A stretch of 64,000 nt of DNA from Trueperaceae bacterium (GTDB taxonomy: Bacteria; Deinococcota; Deinococci; Deinococcales; Trueperaceae). The notes beneath the pieces are model-generated. The model saw only the letters and a list, made by a program, of their open reading frames with translations. It had not been told where the DNA came from and searched no databases. The translations under genes were made by a program, and so were the position numbers. The stretch covers positions 576,001-640,000 of the forward strand of contig OZ243913.1 in the NCBI GenBank assembly GCA_965213705.1, in the 5' to 3' direction. Positions 8,660 to 17,834 of this stretch are shown here, one piece after another (the stretch's first letter is position 1; every line of letters starts with the position of its first letter).

Positions 8660-9752
8660 CTCGATGCTCCTAGCCGACTTGGGCGCGGACGTGGTCAAGG
8701 TCGAAAGTCCAAACGGTGACGAAACGCGCACCTGGGGGCCGCCCTACGCGGGGAGTGAGAGCGCTTACTTTTTGAGCGTCAACCGCAACAAGCGCTCGGT
8801 CACGTTCGATTTGAAAAACCCTGAAGACCGGGCGCTCGCTTTTGAACTCGTCAGACAGAGTGACGTGCTGCTCCACAACTTCAAACCGGGCGACGACGTG
8901 AAATTGGGTCTCGAGCCCGACAGCGTCAAAAAGCTCAACCCAACCCTCGTTTACGCGCACATCAGCGGCTACGGCAGCGCCGGGCCGGAGGCGGGCAAGC
9001 CGGGTTACGACCTGCTCGCCCAGGCGCTGACGGGACTCATGAGCATCACCGGGCCGGCGGAGGGCGAGCCGTACAAAGTTGGTGTGGCGGTCGTCGATGT
9101 GCTCGCCGGGCTAAACGCGGCGCTTGGTATCGTCGCGTCGTTGTACGCGCAAAAAGAGTCGCCGCAGTTTCGCACGGTCGAAACGTCGCTGCTCGAGGCC
9201 GGTCTTTCGGCCCTCGTCAACGTGGCGAGCAGCTACCTCATTACGGGCAAAACGCCCGCACGTTACGGCAACGCGCACGCTTCCATCGTGCCTTACCAGG
9301 CGTTCCGTGCTCAAGACGCAACGTTCGTCGTCGCGGCGGCGAACGATAGACAGTTCGCGGCGCTGGCACAAGTTTTAGGACGGGAAGAGTGGCTTGCCAA
9401 CGAAGCTTTTGCGACGAACGAAGCTCGAGTCAAGCACCGCTCAGTCCTGGTGCCACTGCTCGAGGCCGTTTTCAAAACACAGGCTCGAGCCCACTGGTTG
9501 AGCGTTTTGGAAACCGCCGGAGTCCCTTGCGCGCCCGTGGCGACCTTGCCGGAAGTCTTTGAAAGCGAGCAAGTGCAAGCTTTGGCGATGGTGCAGCGCT
9601 GCCAGCACTCGAGCGCCGGGGACATCCCCCTTGTCGCCGCCGGTTTCAAGCTGGACGGGCTGCCGACGCCGCTCTACCGACCGCCGCCGCTGTTGGGCGA
9701 GCACAGTGAAGAGTTGATTCGGGAGCTGGGCGCGCGGCTCGAGATGGACTGA
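8595..9752 (+). CDS. CaiB/BaiF family III CoA transferase
   Basis: [52 protein letters not shown]. Confidence 0.93.
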   Translation: [385 protein letters not shown]

Positions 9753-9797
9753 AGGCCACCTCGACCGAAATTGAGAGAGCACTCGAGCCCACCCCCC

Positions 9798-9869
9798 TCA
9801 TTCTGAGCGCTAGCGAAAGAATCTCTCAGGCGGTGCGGTCAAAGAAATTTTGCATTGCACTTGAGTGAC
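9798..9869. repeat. degenerate REP-like palindromic element
   Basis: TCATTCTGAGCGCTAGCGAAAGAATCTC left arm; degenerate right arm ending GAGTGAC; same general form as 15088-15180. Confidence 0.45.
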
Positions 9870-9920
9870 CGGAAGGACTCGAGCGCGTATACCGGCCGGT
9901 GCGCCCGGTATAGTTGGGGT

Positions 9921-10571
9921 ATGGAAACGATTACCAGATGGGTGCAGGGGGCCTGGTTTTACTTTCTCATCAAGCGGAGCTTTTTGGTCTTCGCCACCCT
10001 TTTTTTAGGCCTCAGGGTCTACGACAGTTACAAGGTGCCCCCGCCGTCGGCGGGCGGCGTCATCGTCGTCAGCAACCACATCACCACGCTCGACCCGCCG
10101 ATGATGGGCGCGGCCGTCCCGCGTGAGGTGAACTACATGGGCAAAAAGGAACTGTTCGAGAACCGCTACCTGCGCGCGCTGGTGCTGGGTTTGCGCTCGT
10201 ACCCGGTCGACCGCGAGGGCAACACTTCGGGGGCGATTAAAGAGTCCATCCGGCGTCTGAAAGCGGGGCGGGCCATCGGCATTTTTATTCAAGGCACGCG
10301 CAACAAGGGCGACGCTTCGGCTTTAGACGGCGCGGCCTTTATCGCGCAGCGGGCTGGCGTGCCCCTGCAGCCGGCCGCCATCTGGAAAGAGGGACGCAAC
10401 TTCCGCGTGCGCTTCGGCGACCTCATCGTGCCCGAGGGTAAAACCCGCGAGGAAGCCGCCGTCCTGACGGGTAAGATTATGCAGCGGATAGGGGACTTGC
10501 TGCCGCCGGGCTCTGCGTTCGGGTCGGCAGAAACGGCTACAAAAGACGGCGACAATCTCGGCCGGCGGTAG
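9921..10571 (+). CDS. plsC: lysophospholipid/1-acyl-G3P acyltransferase
   Basis: NH...D motif (SNHITTLDPP), YMGKKELF, IFIQGTR. Leaderless TATAGT-N6-ATG. Confidence 0.8.
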   Translation: METITRWVQGAWFYFLIKRSFLVFATLFLGLRVYDSYKVPPPSAGGVIVVSNHITTLDPPMMGAAVPREVNYMGKKELFENRYLRALVLGLRSYPVDREGNTSGAIKESIRRLKAGRAIGIFIQGTRNKGDASALDGAAFIAQRAGVPLQPAAIWKEGRNFRVRFGDLIVPEGKTREEAAVLTGKIMQRIGDLLPPGSAFGSAETATKDGDNLGRR

Positions 10572-10701
10572 CTTTGGGTTGTACGGGAAAAACGGCGCGG
10601 CGCGGCACCTTGGTTTTTGCGGGCTCACCCTTGTTATACTTCTAAAGCGAGTCTAAAAGTTATTCGTCCGGGCTGCGCAAGCCTCGACTGAAAGGAACGG
10701 C

Positions 10702-11478
10702 GTGAGCACAGCGCAACTCGTCATTGAAAACCTCACCCTGTCCTTCGGCGGTTTAAACGCGCTCAGCAGCGTGTCCTTGAGCGTTGCCCCCGGCAGCATC
10801 ACCTCGATTATCGGGCCGAACGGGGCGGGCAAGACGAGCCTGCTCAACTGCGTGTCCGGGTTTTACACGGCTTCGTCGGGCAGCATCACCTTTGAAGGCA
10901 AAGAACTTACAGGTTTGAGCCCGCACCAGGTTTCGAAGCTCGGCGTGGCGCGGGCGTTTCAGAACATCGAGCTGTTTTCAGGTTTGAGTGTGCTCGACAA
11001 CCTCATGCTGGCGCGGCACACGCACCTGCATTACTCGTTTTTGGCGTCGCTCGTTTTTTACGGGCGCACCCGCCGTGAGGAAATCCGCAACCGCGAAACC
11101 GTCGAACACATCATCGACTTTATGGAACTCGCGCCTTACCGCAAGGCGGTCGTCGGCGAACTCGCCTACGGCGTGCGCAAGCGCGTGGAGATGGCGCGGG
11201 CGCTGAGCTTGGAGCCCAAACTCTTGTTGTTGGACGAGCCGATGGCGGGCATGACCCTGGGTGAGAAAGAGGACATCGTCCGCTTTATTTTGGACATCAA
11301 GGCCGAGCGCGACACGACCGTGGTGTTGATTGAACACGACCTCGGCGTGGTCATGGACATCAGCGACACGGTTTTTGTGCTCGACTTCGGCGAGCGCATC
11401 GCGGGCGGCCCGCCCGGTGAGGTCGCGCGGGACCCCGCGGTTATCGAGGCTTACGTGGGCGACGAGGTGGGGGTATGA
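10702..11478 (+). CDS. Liv-type ABC transporter ATP-binding protein (LivG-like)
   Basis: GPNGAGKT, LLLDEPMAG, IEHDLGVVM. Confidence 0.92.
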   Translation: MSTAQLVIENLTLSFGGLNALSSVSLSVAPGSITSIIGPNGAGKTSLLNCVSGFYTASSGSITFEGKELTGLSPHQVSKLGVARAFQNIELFSGLSVLDNLMLARHTHLHYSFLASLVFYGRTRREEIRNRETVEHIIDFMELAPYRKAVVGELAYGVRKRVEMARALSLEPKLLLLDEPMAGMTLGEKEDIVRFILDIKAERDTTVVLIEHDLGVVMDISDTVFVLDFGERIAGGPPGEVARDPAVIEAYVGDEVGV

Positions 11479-11481
11479 AGA

Positions 11482-11545
11482 GAAAGGAGAAAGGAAAAAG
11501 GCAAAAGGAAAAACACTTTCCACTTTCCACTTTCCACTTTTTTCT
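11482..11545. repeat. heptamer tandem repeats with complementary arms
   Basis: GAAAGGA x2, AAAAGGC, AAAAGGA, followed by CTTTCCA x3. Confidence 0.8.
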
Positions 11546-11578
11546 TCTTGACGAGTTCTTTCTTGGCGAGGTCTTCCC

Positions 11579-13537
11579 GTGAGCGCCTTGAGGCCCAGCG
11601 CCGAACTGCTCGAGCTGACCCTGCCGCAACTGCTTTTAAAACGCGTGGCCGCGGCACCGGGAGGAGTCGCCTTTCGGCACAAAGACTTGGGCGTGTGGGG
11701 TGAACTCACCTGGGGCGAGGTCGCCGCGCAGGTGCGCCGCGCGGCGCTGGGGCTCTTGACGCTCGGGGTCGCGCCGGGGGACCGGGTGGCGGTTTTGGCC
11801 GACAACGTGCCCGAGTGGCCGATTTTGGAGTTGGCGGCGCAGTCGGTTGGCGCTATCAGCATCGGCGTGTACGCCTCGAGCGTGCGCGACGAGGTGCGCT
11901 ACTTGCTCGAATACTCCGAGGCCGTCATCGTTTTGGCCGAAGACCAGGAGCAGGTCGACAAAATCGTCGACGTGAAAAGCAGCCTGCCGCACTTGCAGAA
12001 AATCATCTTCGAAGACCCGCGCGGGATGCGGGACTACCTCGAGGACGACCTGTTTTTGAGTTGGGCGGGGTTGCTCGCCCGCGGCGCTGAACTGGACGGG
12101 CTCGAGCCTGAACTCTTCGAGCAGCACGTGGCGCAGGGCAAGCCCGACGACGTGTGCCACTTAAGCGCCACCTCCGGTACCACCGGCCGACCCAAGGCGG
12201 CGATGCTCAGCCACCGCAACTACCTGTCGATGGCCTACGCGCTCCACCGCGTCGACCCGGTCGCCGCGGGTGACGACTACGTGTCGTTTTTGCCGTTTGC
12301 CTGGATCGTCGAGCAGGTGTTCGCCCTCGGCATGTCGCTGTTGACCGGCATGGTCGTGAACTTTCCCGAGTCCGGCGAGACGGCGATGGAAGACTTGAAA
12401 GAAATCGGCCCCCACATGATGCTCGGCGCGCCGCGCGTCTGGGAAGGCGTGCAGTCGCAGATTTGGGTGAAGATGAACGAGGCGTACCCTTTCAACCGCT
12501 GGTTTTACCGGCAACTGATGAAAGTCGGGCGGCGCGCGGCCGACTACCGGATGCGTGGGCGCACGATGCCCCCGGCCCTCGGCCTGGCCTACCGCTTCGC
12601 CCACTTCGCGCTGTTCCGCCCGCTCAAAGACCAGCTCGGTTTTTTGCGCTTGAAACGCGCCTACACGGGCGGCGCGGCCCTGGGGCCGGACACCTTCGGC
12701 TTTTTTCAGGGGATGGGCGTGAACTTAAAACAGGTCTACGGCCAGACCGAGACCTCCGGCTTGGCCTACGTGCAGCGCGACGGGGAAATAGACCCCGACA
12801 CGGTCGGCAAGCCGCTGCCCGGTGTCGAGGTGCGCGTGAGCGAGGCGGGCGAGGTGTTGACGCGCTGCGCGGGTGTTTGTCACGGCTACTACAAGCTCGA
12901 GGCCGAGTTCGAAGAGGAACTCTTAGACGGCTACTTCCGCAGCGGCGACGCAGGCTACCTCAACGACTCGGGCGACCTCGTTATCATCGACCGCGTCAAG
13001 GACGTGATGCACACCGCCCAGGGCCACATGTTCAGCCCGCAGTTTATCGAAAACAAGCTCAAGTTCAGCCCGTTCATCAAAGAGGCCGTCGTGTTCGGCG
13101 ACGCTTCAGACTTCATCACCGCCATGCTCAACGTCGACCCGCTCACGGTCGGCAAGTGGGCCGAGGACCGCGGCTTAAGCTACACGACCTACGCCGACCT
13201 GTCGCAAAACCCGGCGGTGTCGGAGCTGATTTTGGACGAGGTACGCGCCGTCAACGAGGACTTGCAGGGTGCCGAACGGCTGCAACGCTTCGTCCTCCTA
13301 TACAAGCTCTTAGACGCCGACGACGAAGAACTCACCCGCACCGGCAAGGTGCGCCGCGACCTAATCGCGCAGCGCTACGGGACGATTTTGACCGCCCTCT
13401 ACGACCGCGAGGTGAGGGACGTGCGCGTCACCGCCGAGTTCAACTATCAAGACGGGCAGACTGCCACGCTGGAGACCGAAGTAAGGGTGCTCGAGCCTGC
13501 GGGCGTTAGTAAAACCCTCGCCTCGGAGCAAGTTTGA
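11579..13537 (+). CDS. long-chain acyl-CoA ligase (AMP-binding)
   Basis: TSGTTGRPK, YGQTE, SGDAG, IDRVKD, ELTRTGKVRR. Confidence 0.92.
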   Translation: MSALRPSAELLELTLPQLLLKRVAAAPGGVAFRHKDLGVWGELTWGEVAAQVRRAALGLLTLGVAPGDRVAVLADNVPEWPILELAAQSVGAISIGVYASSVRDEVRYLLEYSEAVIVLAEDQEQVDKIVDVKSSLPHLQKIIFEDPRGMRDYLEDDLFLSWAGLLARGAELDGLEPELFEQHVAQGKPDDVCHLSATSGTTGRPKAAMLSHRNYLSMAYALHRVDPVAAGDDYVSFLPFAWIVEQVFALGMSLLTGMVVNFPESGETAMEDLKEIGPHMMLGAPRVWEGVQSQIWVKMNEAYPFNRWFYRQLMKVGRRAADYRMRGRTMPPALGLAYRFAHFALFRPLKDQLGFLRLKRAYTGGAALGPDTFGFFQGMGVNLKQVYGQTETSGLAYVQRDGEIDPDTVGKPLPGVEVRVSEAGEVLTRCAGVCHGYYKLEAEFEEELLDGYFRSGDAGYLNDSGDLVIIDRVKDVMHTAQGHMFSPQFIENKLKFSPFIKEAVVFGDASDFITAMLNVDPLTVGKWAEDRGLSYTTYADLSQNPAVSELILDEVRAVNEDLQGAERLQRFVLLYKLLDADDEELTRTGKVRRDLIAQRYGTILTALYDREVRDVRVTAEFNYQDGQTATLETEVRVLEPAGVSKTLASEQV

Positions 13538-14106
13538 TGGAGCGGGTCCTGGAAGTTTTGCGGCAACGTCCCGAACGCCCCTTGCTCGTTGGCATCGACG
13601 GCCACAGCGCGGCGGGCAAGTCCACCTTGGCGCGCTGCATAGCCGAAAATGTCTCCGAAACGACCGTTGTGCCGATGGATGATTTCTACCGGATGATGCC
13701 TGAAGAAGAGCGTTTCGGCCTCACGCCGGAGGAGGGGTGCGAACGGTACTACGACTGGCAACGCCTTCATCAGGTGCTCGAGGCCCTGACAGCGGGTCGG
13801 ACGAGCCAGTATCAGCGTTACGACTGGACGGCGAATCGTCTGAGCGCAACCGTCACGGTCGAACCGAAAGGCGTCATCTTGGTTGAAGGGTGTTACAGCT
13901 TGCGGCCAGAACTGTTTCCTTACTACCACGTCACCTTTTTTGCCATAGCGTCTGAGAAAGCGAGGCTCGAGCGGCAAAAACTTCGAGCGGATGCAAATGA
14001 GGCTTGGCTGGCAAAGTGGGACGCTGCTGAGGCTTATCATTTTGTAAAGCACATGCCTGAAAAAGCTGTTGACCTTGTTGTCTACGGAGACGAGGTAAGC
14101 GCGTGA
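13537..14106 (+). CDS. uridine kinase-like P-loop kinase
   Basis: LVGIDGHSAAGKST, MDDFY, YQRYDW, ILVEGCYSL. Confidence 0.8.
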   Translation: MERVLEVLRQRPERPLLVGIDGHSAAGKSTLARCIAENVSETTVVPMDDFYRMMPEEERFGLTPEEGCERYYDWQRLHQVLEALTAGRTSQYQRYDWTANRLSATVTVEPKGVILVEGCYSLRPELFPYYHVTFFAIASEKARLERQKLRADANEAWLAKWDAAEAYHFVKHMPEKAVDLVVYGDEVSA

Positions 14107-14996
14107 CCTACTTCCTCCAACTCCTCATCACCGGCGTCTCGGTCGGCTGCATTTACGCGCTCGCCGCGCTCGGCTTCGTCCTCATTTACAAGTCGAGCCG
14201 CGTCATCAACTTCGCCCAAGGCGAGCTGTTGGCTATCGGCGCGTTTACGGTTTACGGGCTGACGGTTTGGTTGGGCCTGAACATCTGGCTCGCGCTGCTC
14301 GTCGCGCTTGGGCTGTCGTTCATGTTCGGGCTGGCGGTCGAGCGCACCTTTCTACGCCCGATGATTGGCGAGCCCATCATCAGCGTCATCATGGTGACGA
14401 TAGGCTTGGCGAGTTTGCTTTCGGGCCTGGTGTTTTTTACGCCCTTCGGGACGCTGAACACGCGCTTTCCGAGGTTCTTGCCGTCGCAGCCCTTGATGCT
14501 CGGCGACTTGCTGATTCGCTGGGAGCAGCTTTTGGGCATCGCCCTGACCGCGCTTTTTCTGGCGGTGCTGGTCTGGTTTTTCACGCGCAGCACGCTCGGC
14601 ATCGCGATGCGGGCGGTCGCCGACGACCAGCTGGCAAGCCTGTCGGTGGGCGTTTCGGTCGAGCGGGTTTTCGGCCTCGCCTGGGCCGCGGCGGGCGTGA
14701 GCGCGACGGCGGCGGGCTTCGTGGTGGGGAACTTGTCCAGCCTCAGCTTCGCCGGACTGACCGCCATTGGGCTAAAGGTGTTTCCGGTGGTGATTTTGGG
14801 CGGCCTCGACTCGATTGCGGGCGCGGTGGTCGGCGGCATTGTCATCGGGGTGTTGGAACAACTGGCGTCGGGCTACTTAGACACCTTCGTCCCCGGCGGC
14901 GGGACGGGCGACGTGTTCCCGTTCGTCGTCCTCATCATTATCTTGCTCATCAAACCGCACGGGCTGTTCGGAACGAAGGAGATTGAGAGAGTATGA
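14103..14996 (+). CDS. Liv-type ABC permease (LivH-like)
   Basis: YALAALGFVLIYKSSRVINFAQG, GIAMRAVADD, ILGGLDS. Confidence 0.92.
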   Translation: MTYFLQLLITGVSVGCIYALAALGFVLIYKSSRVINFAQGELLAIGAFTVYGLTVWLGLNIWLALLVALGLSFMFGLAVERTFLRPMIGEPIISVIMVTIGLASLLSGLVFFTPFGTLNTRFPRFLPSQPLMLGDLLIRWEQLLGIALTALFLAVLVWFFTRSTLGIAMRAVADDQLASLSVGVSVERVFGLAWAAAGVSATAAGFVVGNLSSLSFAGLTAIGLKVFPVVILGGLDSIAGAVVGGIVIGVLEQLASGYLDTFVPGGGTGDVFPFVVLIIILLIKPHGLFGTKEIERV

Positions 14997-15005
14997 GGGA
15001 GAGCC

Positions 15006-15248
15006 GGAAGTGGGAAGTGGGAAGTAGGAAGCAGGAAGTAGAAAGTAAAAAGGTGTTTGCTACTTACGCCTCACCTTACGCACTACCGTCGTTGCGAGCG
15101 CAGCGAGGCAATCTCCAAACGTATGCGCTTCGTGCCAGCGCGGATTGCTTCGCCGCTCCTGCGTCGCTTCTCGCAAGGACAAAAAGAGAACGCCAAGGCC
15201 AGGATTTGCGCAAGGTGACTTATTCCTTACTTCCTACTCCCTACTTCC
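15006..15248. repeat. composite repeat: heptamer arms enclosing a REP-like hairpin (15088-15180)
   Basis: GGAAGT(G/A)-type units at 15006-15050; complementary CCTACT(T/C)-type units at 15218-15248; inner GTCGTTGCGAG...GCAATCT pairs with GGATTGCTTCG...CTCGCAAGGAC. Confidence 0.85.
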
Positions 15249-15287
15249 AACAAACGAAAAAAACCAGCTTACTCAAAAGGAACCGTC

Positions 15288-16397
15288 ATGGCCGTTAACC
15301 GTTGGTTCCAGTCCGGCAACTACCGCCGCACGTACCGCGAAGACCAGACGATTTTTGCGACCTACAGCGAACAGGCGTCGTTGGTGGTGTTCGTGCTGCT
15401 GCTGTTTCTGGTGCCGCAGATGCCCTTTATGTCGCGCTCGCTGTTTCGGCTGTTCGACTTAGCGCTCATCTACACGGTGGCGGTGATGGGCCTCAACTTA
15501 GTGACGGGCTACGCGGGGCAAATCTCCATCGGGCAGGCGGCGTTTATGGGGGTGGGAGCGTATGCGGCGGTGGTGGTGACGAGGGACTTAGCCGTGCCGC
15601 TCCTTGGGTTTGAGACATTACCCTTTTGGTACGCGCTGCTGCTGTTGCCCTTTGGCGGTATCGTCGCGGCGGCGGTAGGCGCGTTCGTCGGCTTGCCGAG
15701 TTTGCGCCTCAAACACCTTTACCTCGCCATCGCTACCTTGGCGTTTCAAATTATCTTCACCTGGACGGTCGGGCACTTACCCTGGCTCAAGCAGGGCGGC
15801 GCTATCAAGATGCCGAGGCTGGACTTTTTCGGGGCGGAAATCAAGGGCTCCTCGAGCATCGGGCCGTTTTACTTTTACTTCGCGCTCGTCGTCGTTATTC
15901 TTATGGCTGTTTTGATGCGGAACCTGCTGCGCGGCAAGTTCGGGCGGGCGCTCATCGCGGTGCGCGACAACGACCGGGCGGCGGACGCGATGGGCATCAA
16001 CCCCGGCGGCGCGAAGGTCATGGCTTTTGCCATTTCGGGCTTTTACGCGGGCGTTTCCGGCGTGCTGCTGGTGCTCTACAACGGCAGCGCGATTGTCGAG
16101 ACCTTCAGCTTGGGTTTGTCCATCGACTTTTTAGCGATGGCGATTATCGGCGGGCTCGGCACGATGGTGGGCTCGCTCATCGGCCCGAGCTTTTTGCTGC
16201 TCTTAGACCCGCTCGTCGAGGGGTTCGCCAACTTTTTGCAAAACCTGTTTCCCTCGACCATCGACGTCGCCACGGCGATGCGCCCGACCTTTTTCGGACT
16301 CATCATCGTGCTGTTTTTGATTTTCGAGCCTCGAGGGTTGGCGAACGGGTGGCGGTTGATGAGGCAGTATTTTAAGCGGTTTCCGTTCAAGTATTAG
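15288..16397 (+). CDS. Liv-type ABC permease (LivM-like)
   Basis: GLNLVTGYAGQISIGQAAFMG, YLAIATLA, GRALIAVRDND. Confidence 0.92.
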   Translation: MAVNRWFQSGNYRRTYREDQTIFATYSEQASLVVFVLLLFLVPQMPFMSRSLFRLFDLALIYTVAVMGLNLVTGYAGQISIGQAAFMGVGAYAAVVVTRDLAVPLLGFETLPFWYALLLLPFGGIVAAAVGAFVGLPSLRLKHLYLAIATLAFQIIFTWTVGHLPWLKQGGAIKMPRLDFFGAEIKGSSSIGPFYFYFALVVVILMAVLMRNLLRGKFGRALIAVRDNDRAADAMGINPGGAKVMAFAISGFYAGVSGVLLVLYNGSAIVETFSLGLSIDFLAMAIIGGLGTMVGSLIGPSFLLLLDPLVEGFANFLQNLFPSTIDVATAMRPTFFGLIIVLFLIFEPRGLANGWRLMRQYFKRFPFKY

Positions 16398-16401
16398 GAG
16401 A

Positions 16402-17152
16402 ATGCCCCGGATGATACCTCGTTATGATGCGCGCTCGAGCCAAGAAAGCTATCCCTTTTTCTACGCCCGGCCCGACAGCGCCGCTTTGCAAGAACTCCGC
16501 GAAACTTACCGTTTAGAAGCGCTTACCGCCCCCTGTGACCAGGACCTGTGCAGGCTCGAGCGCGTCTGCGCCTGGGTCAACGGTCTTTGGGAGCACGATG
16601 GTGACAACGAACCCTCTGCGCCCGACGCCCTGACGATTCTAGGGGAAGTGGCGCGGGGCAAGCGTTTCCGCTGTGTCGAGTTCGGCACGGTCGTCGCGAG
16701 TTGCGCGGCTGCACTCGGCTTGCCCAGCCGCGTCGTCGGGCTGAAAACCGCCGACTGCGAGACGCGCGAGTACGGCGCGGGCCACGTCGTCACCGAAGTT
16801 TATCTTCGCGATAAAAGAAGCTGGGTGATGGTCGACGGGGAACGTCATCCCCGTCGCCGACGGGCGACCCTTGAGCGCTTTGGGTCTGCGCGACGCCCTG
16901 AACGACGGCGAACGCGTAACCTCGCTGACAGCCGTTTCAGGGGAACAGGTGAGTGAGTTTCTAGCCTGGATTGACAAGTACCTGTTCTACTTCGAAACGC
17001 AGTTCGACAACCGCGAGTTGGGCGTAGAGGGCAAAGCTCGCCTGCTGCTGGTTCCTTTCGGCGCGCCTGAACCGACTGTTTTTCAGCGCAAGTGGCCCAT
17101 GAAAGACGTGACTTATACACACTCTGCCAAAGCTTTTTACTCGGTGCCTTGA
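16402..17152 (+). pseudogene. transglutaminase-like protein, frameshifted near 16838
   Basis: Cys-His-Asp motifs (FRCVEF, AGHVVTEVY, WVMVDG); the homologous-looking sequence continues in another frame (NVIPVADGRPLSALGLRDAL...). Confidence 0.72.
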
Positions 17153-17215
17153 AGAGTGACGCCCCTGGCCTCGAGCCCTGAGCAGTTTCCGTCTTGCTAC
17201 AATGCACCGAACGAG

Positions 17216-17445
17216 GTGAAGCGTATACAAACCACATCCCAAAATCCGGACGTCGTGAGCAAGGCTTTGGTGTTCGCGGGTACGAGGGTTCCTGTAGACA
17301 TCCTCATCGACTATCTAAAAGCTGGGGTGAGTCGCTCGAGCGGTTTTTAGAAGGCTTCCCGACGGTGACACGCGAACAAGCAGAAGCCTTTTTGCAAGAA
17401 GCGCTCGAGCCCGCAAAAGTGCAGCGTAAAGTGTCTGCTGTTTAA
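17216..17445 (+). pseudogene. DUF433 antitoxin, frameshifted in a G4 run
   Basis: NPDVVSKALVFAGTRVPVDILIDYLKAG | ESLERFLEGFPTVTREQAEAFL, in two frames switching at about 17324-17327. Confidence 0.85.
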
Positions 17446-17526
17446 CGCGAACACCGACCAAGCACCTAAAAATGTTCTTTTACACACCTCACTAATTTGT
17501 AGGGCTTCATCTTCTATACTTGTCCC

Positions 17527-17790
17527 ATGACGGAAATGCTCGAGAAAGCCGTCTCAGAAGTGCAGCGACTTTCTGAAACGGAGCAAAACGCCATCGCGCA
17601 GCTTATTTTAGGAGAACTCGAGGACGAGCGCCGCTGGGACGCTGCTTTTGCAAAGTCGACCGCCCTGCTGGAGAAACTACTCGCCGAAGCGGAAATGGAC
17701 GACAAAGCAGGCTTGACGCAAGACTGTAACAACCTTGAAACCTTGGTCACGAACACGGCGTTCAGGGTGCGTTCAGGGTACATGACCTAA
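17527..17790 (+). CDS. orphan putative antitoxin
   Basis: MTEMLEKAVSEVQRLSETEQNAIAQLILGELEDERRWDAAFAKS resembles small addiction-module proteins; TATACT-N6-ATG; no toxin follows. Confidence 0.6.
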   Translation: MTEMLEKAVSEVQRLSETEQNAIAQLILGELEDERRWDAAFAKSTALLEKLLAEAEMDDKAGLTQDCNNLETLVTNTAFRVRSGYMT

Positions 17791-17834
17791 CCTTCCTAAC
17801 AGCCAACCCGTACAGGGTGGCAGGAAGGAAAAAA

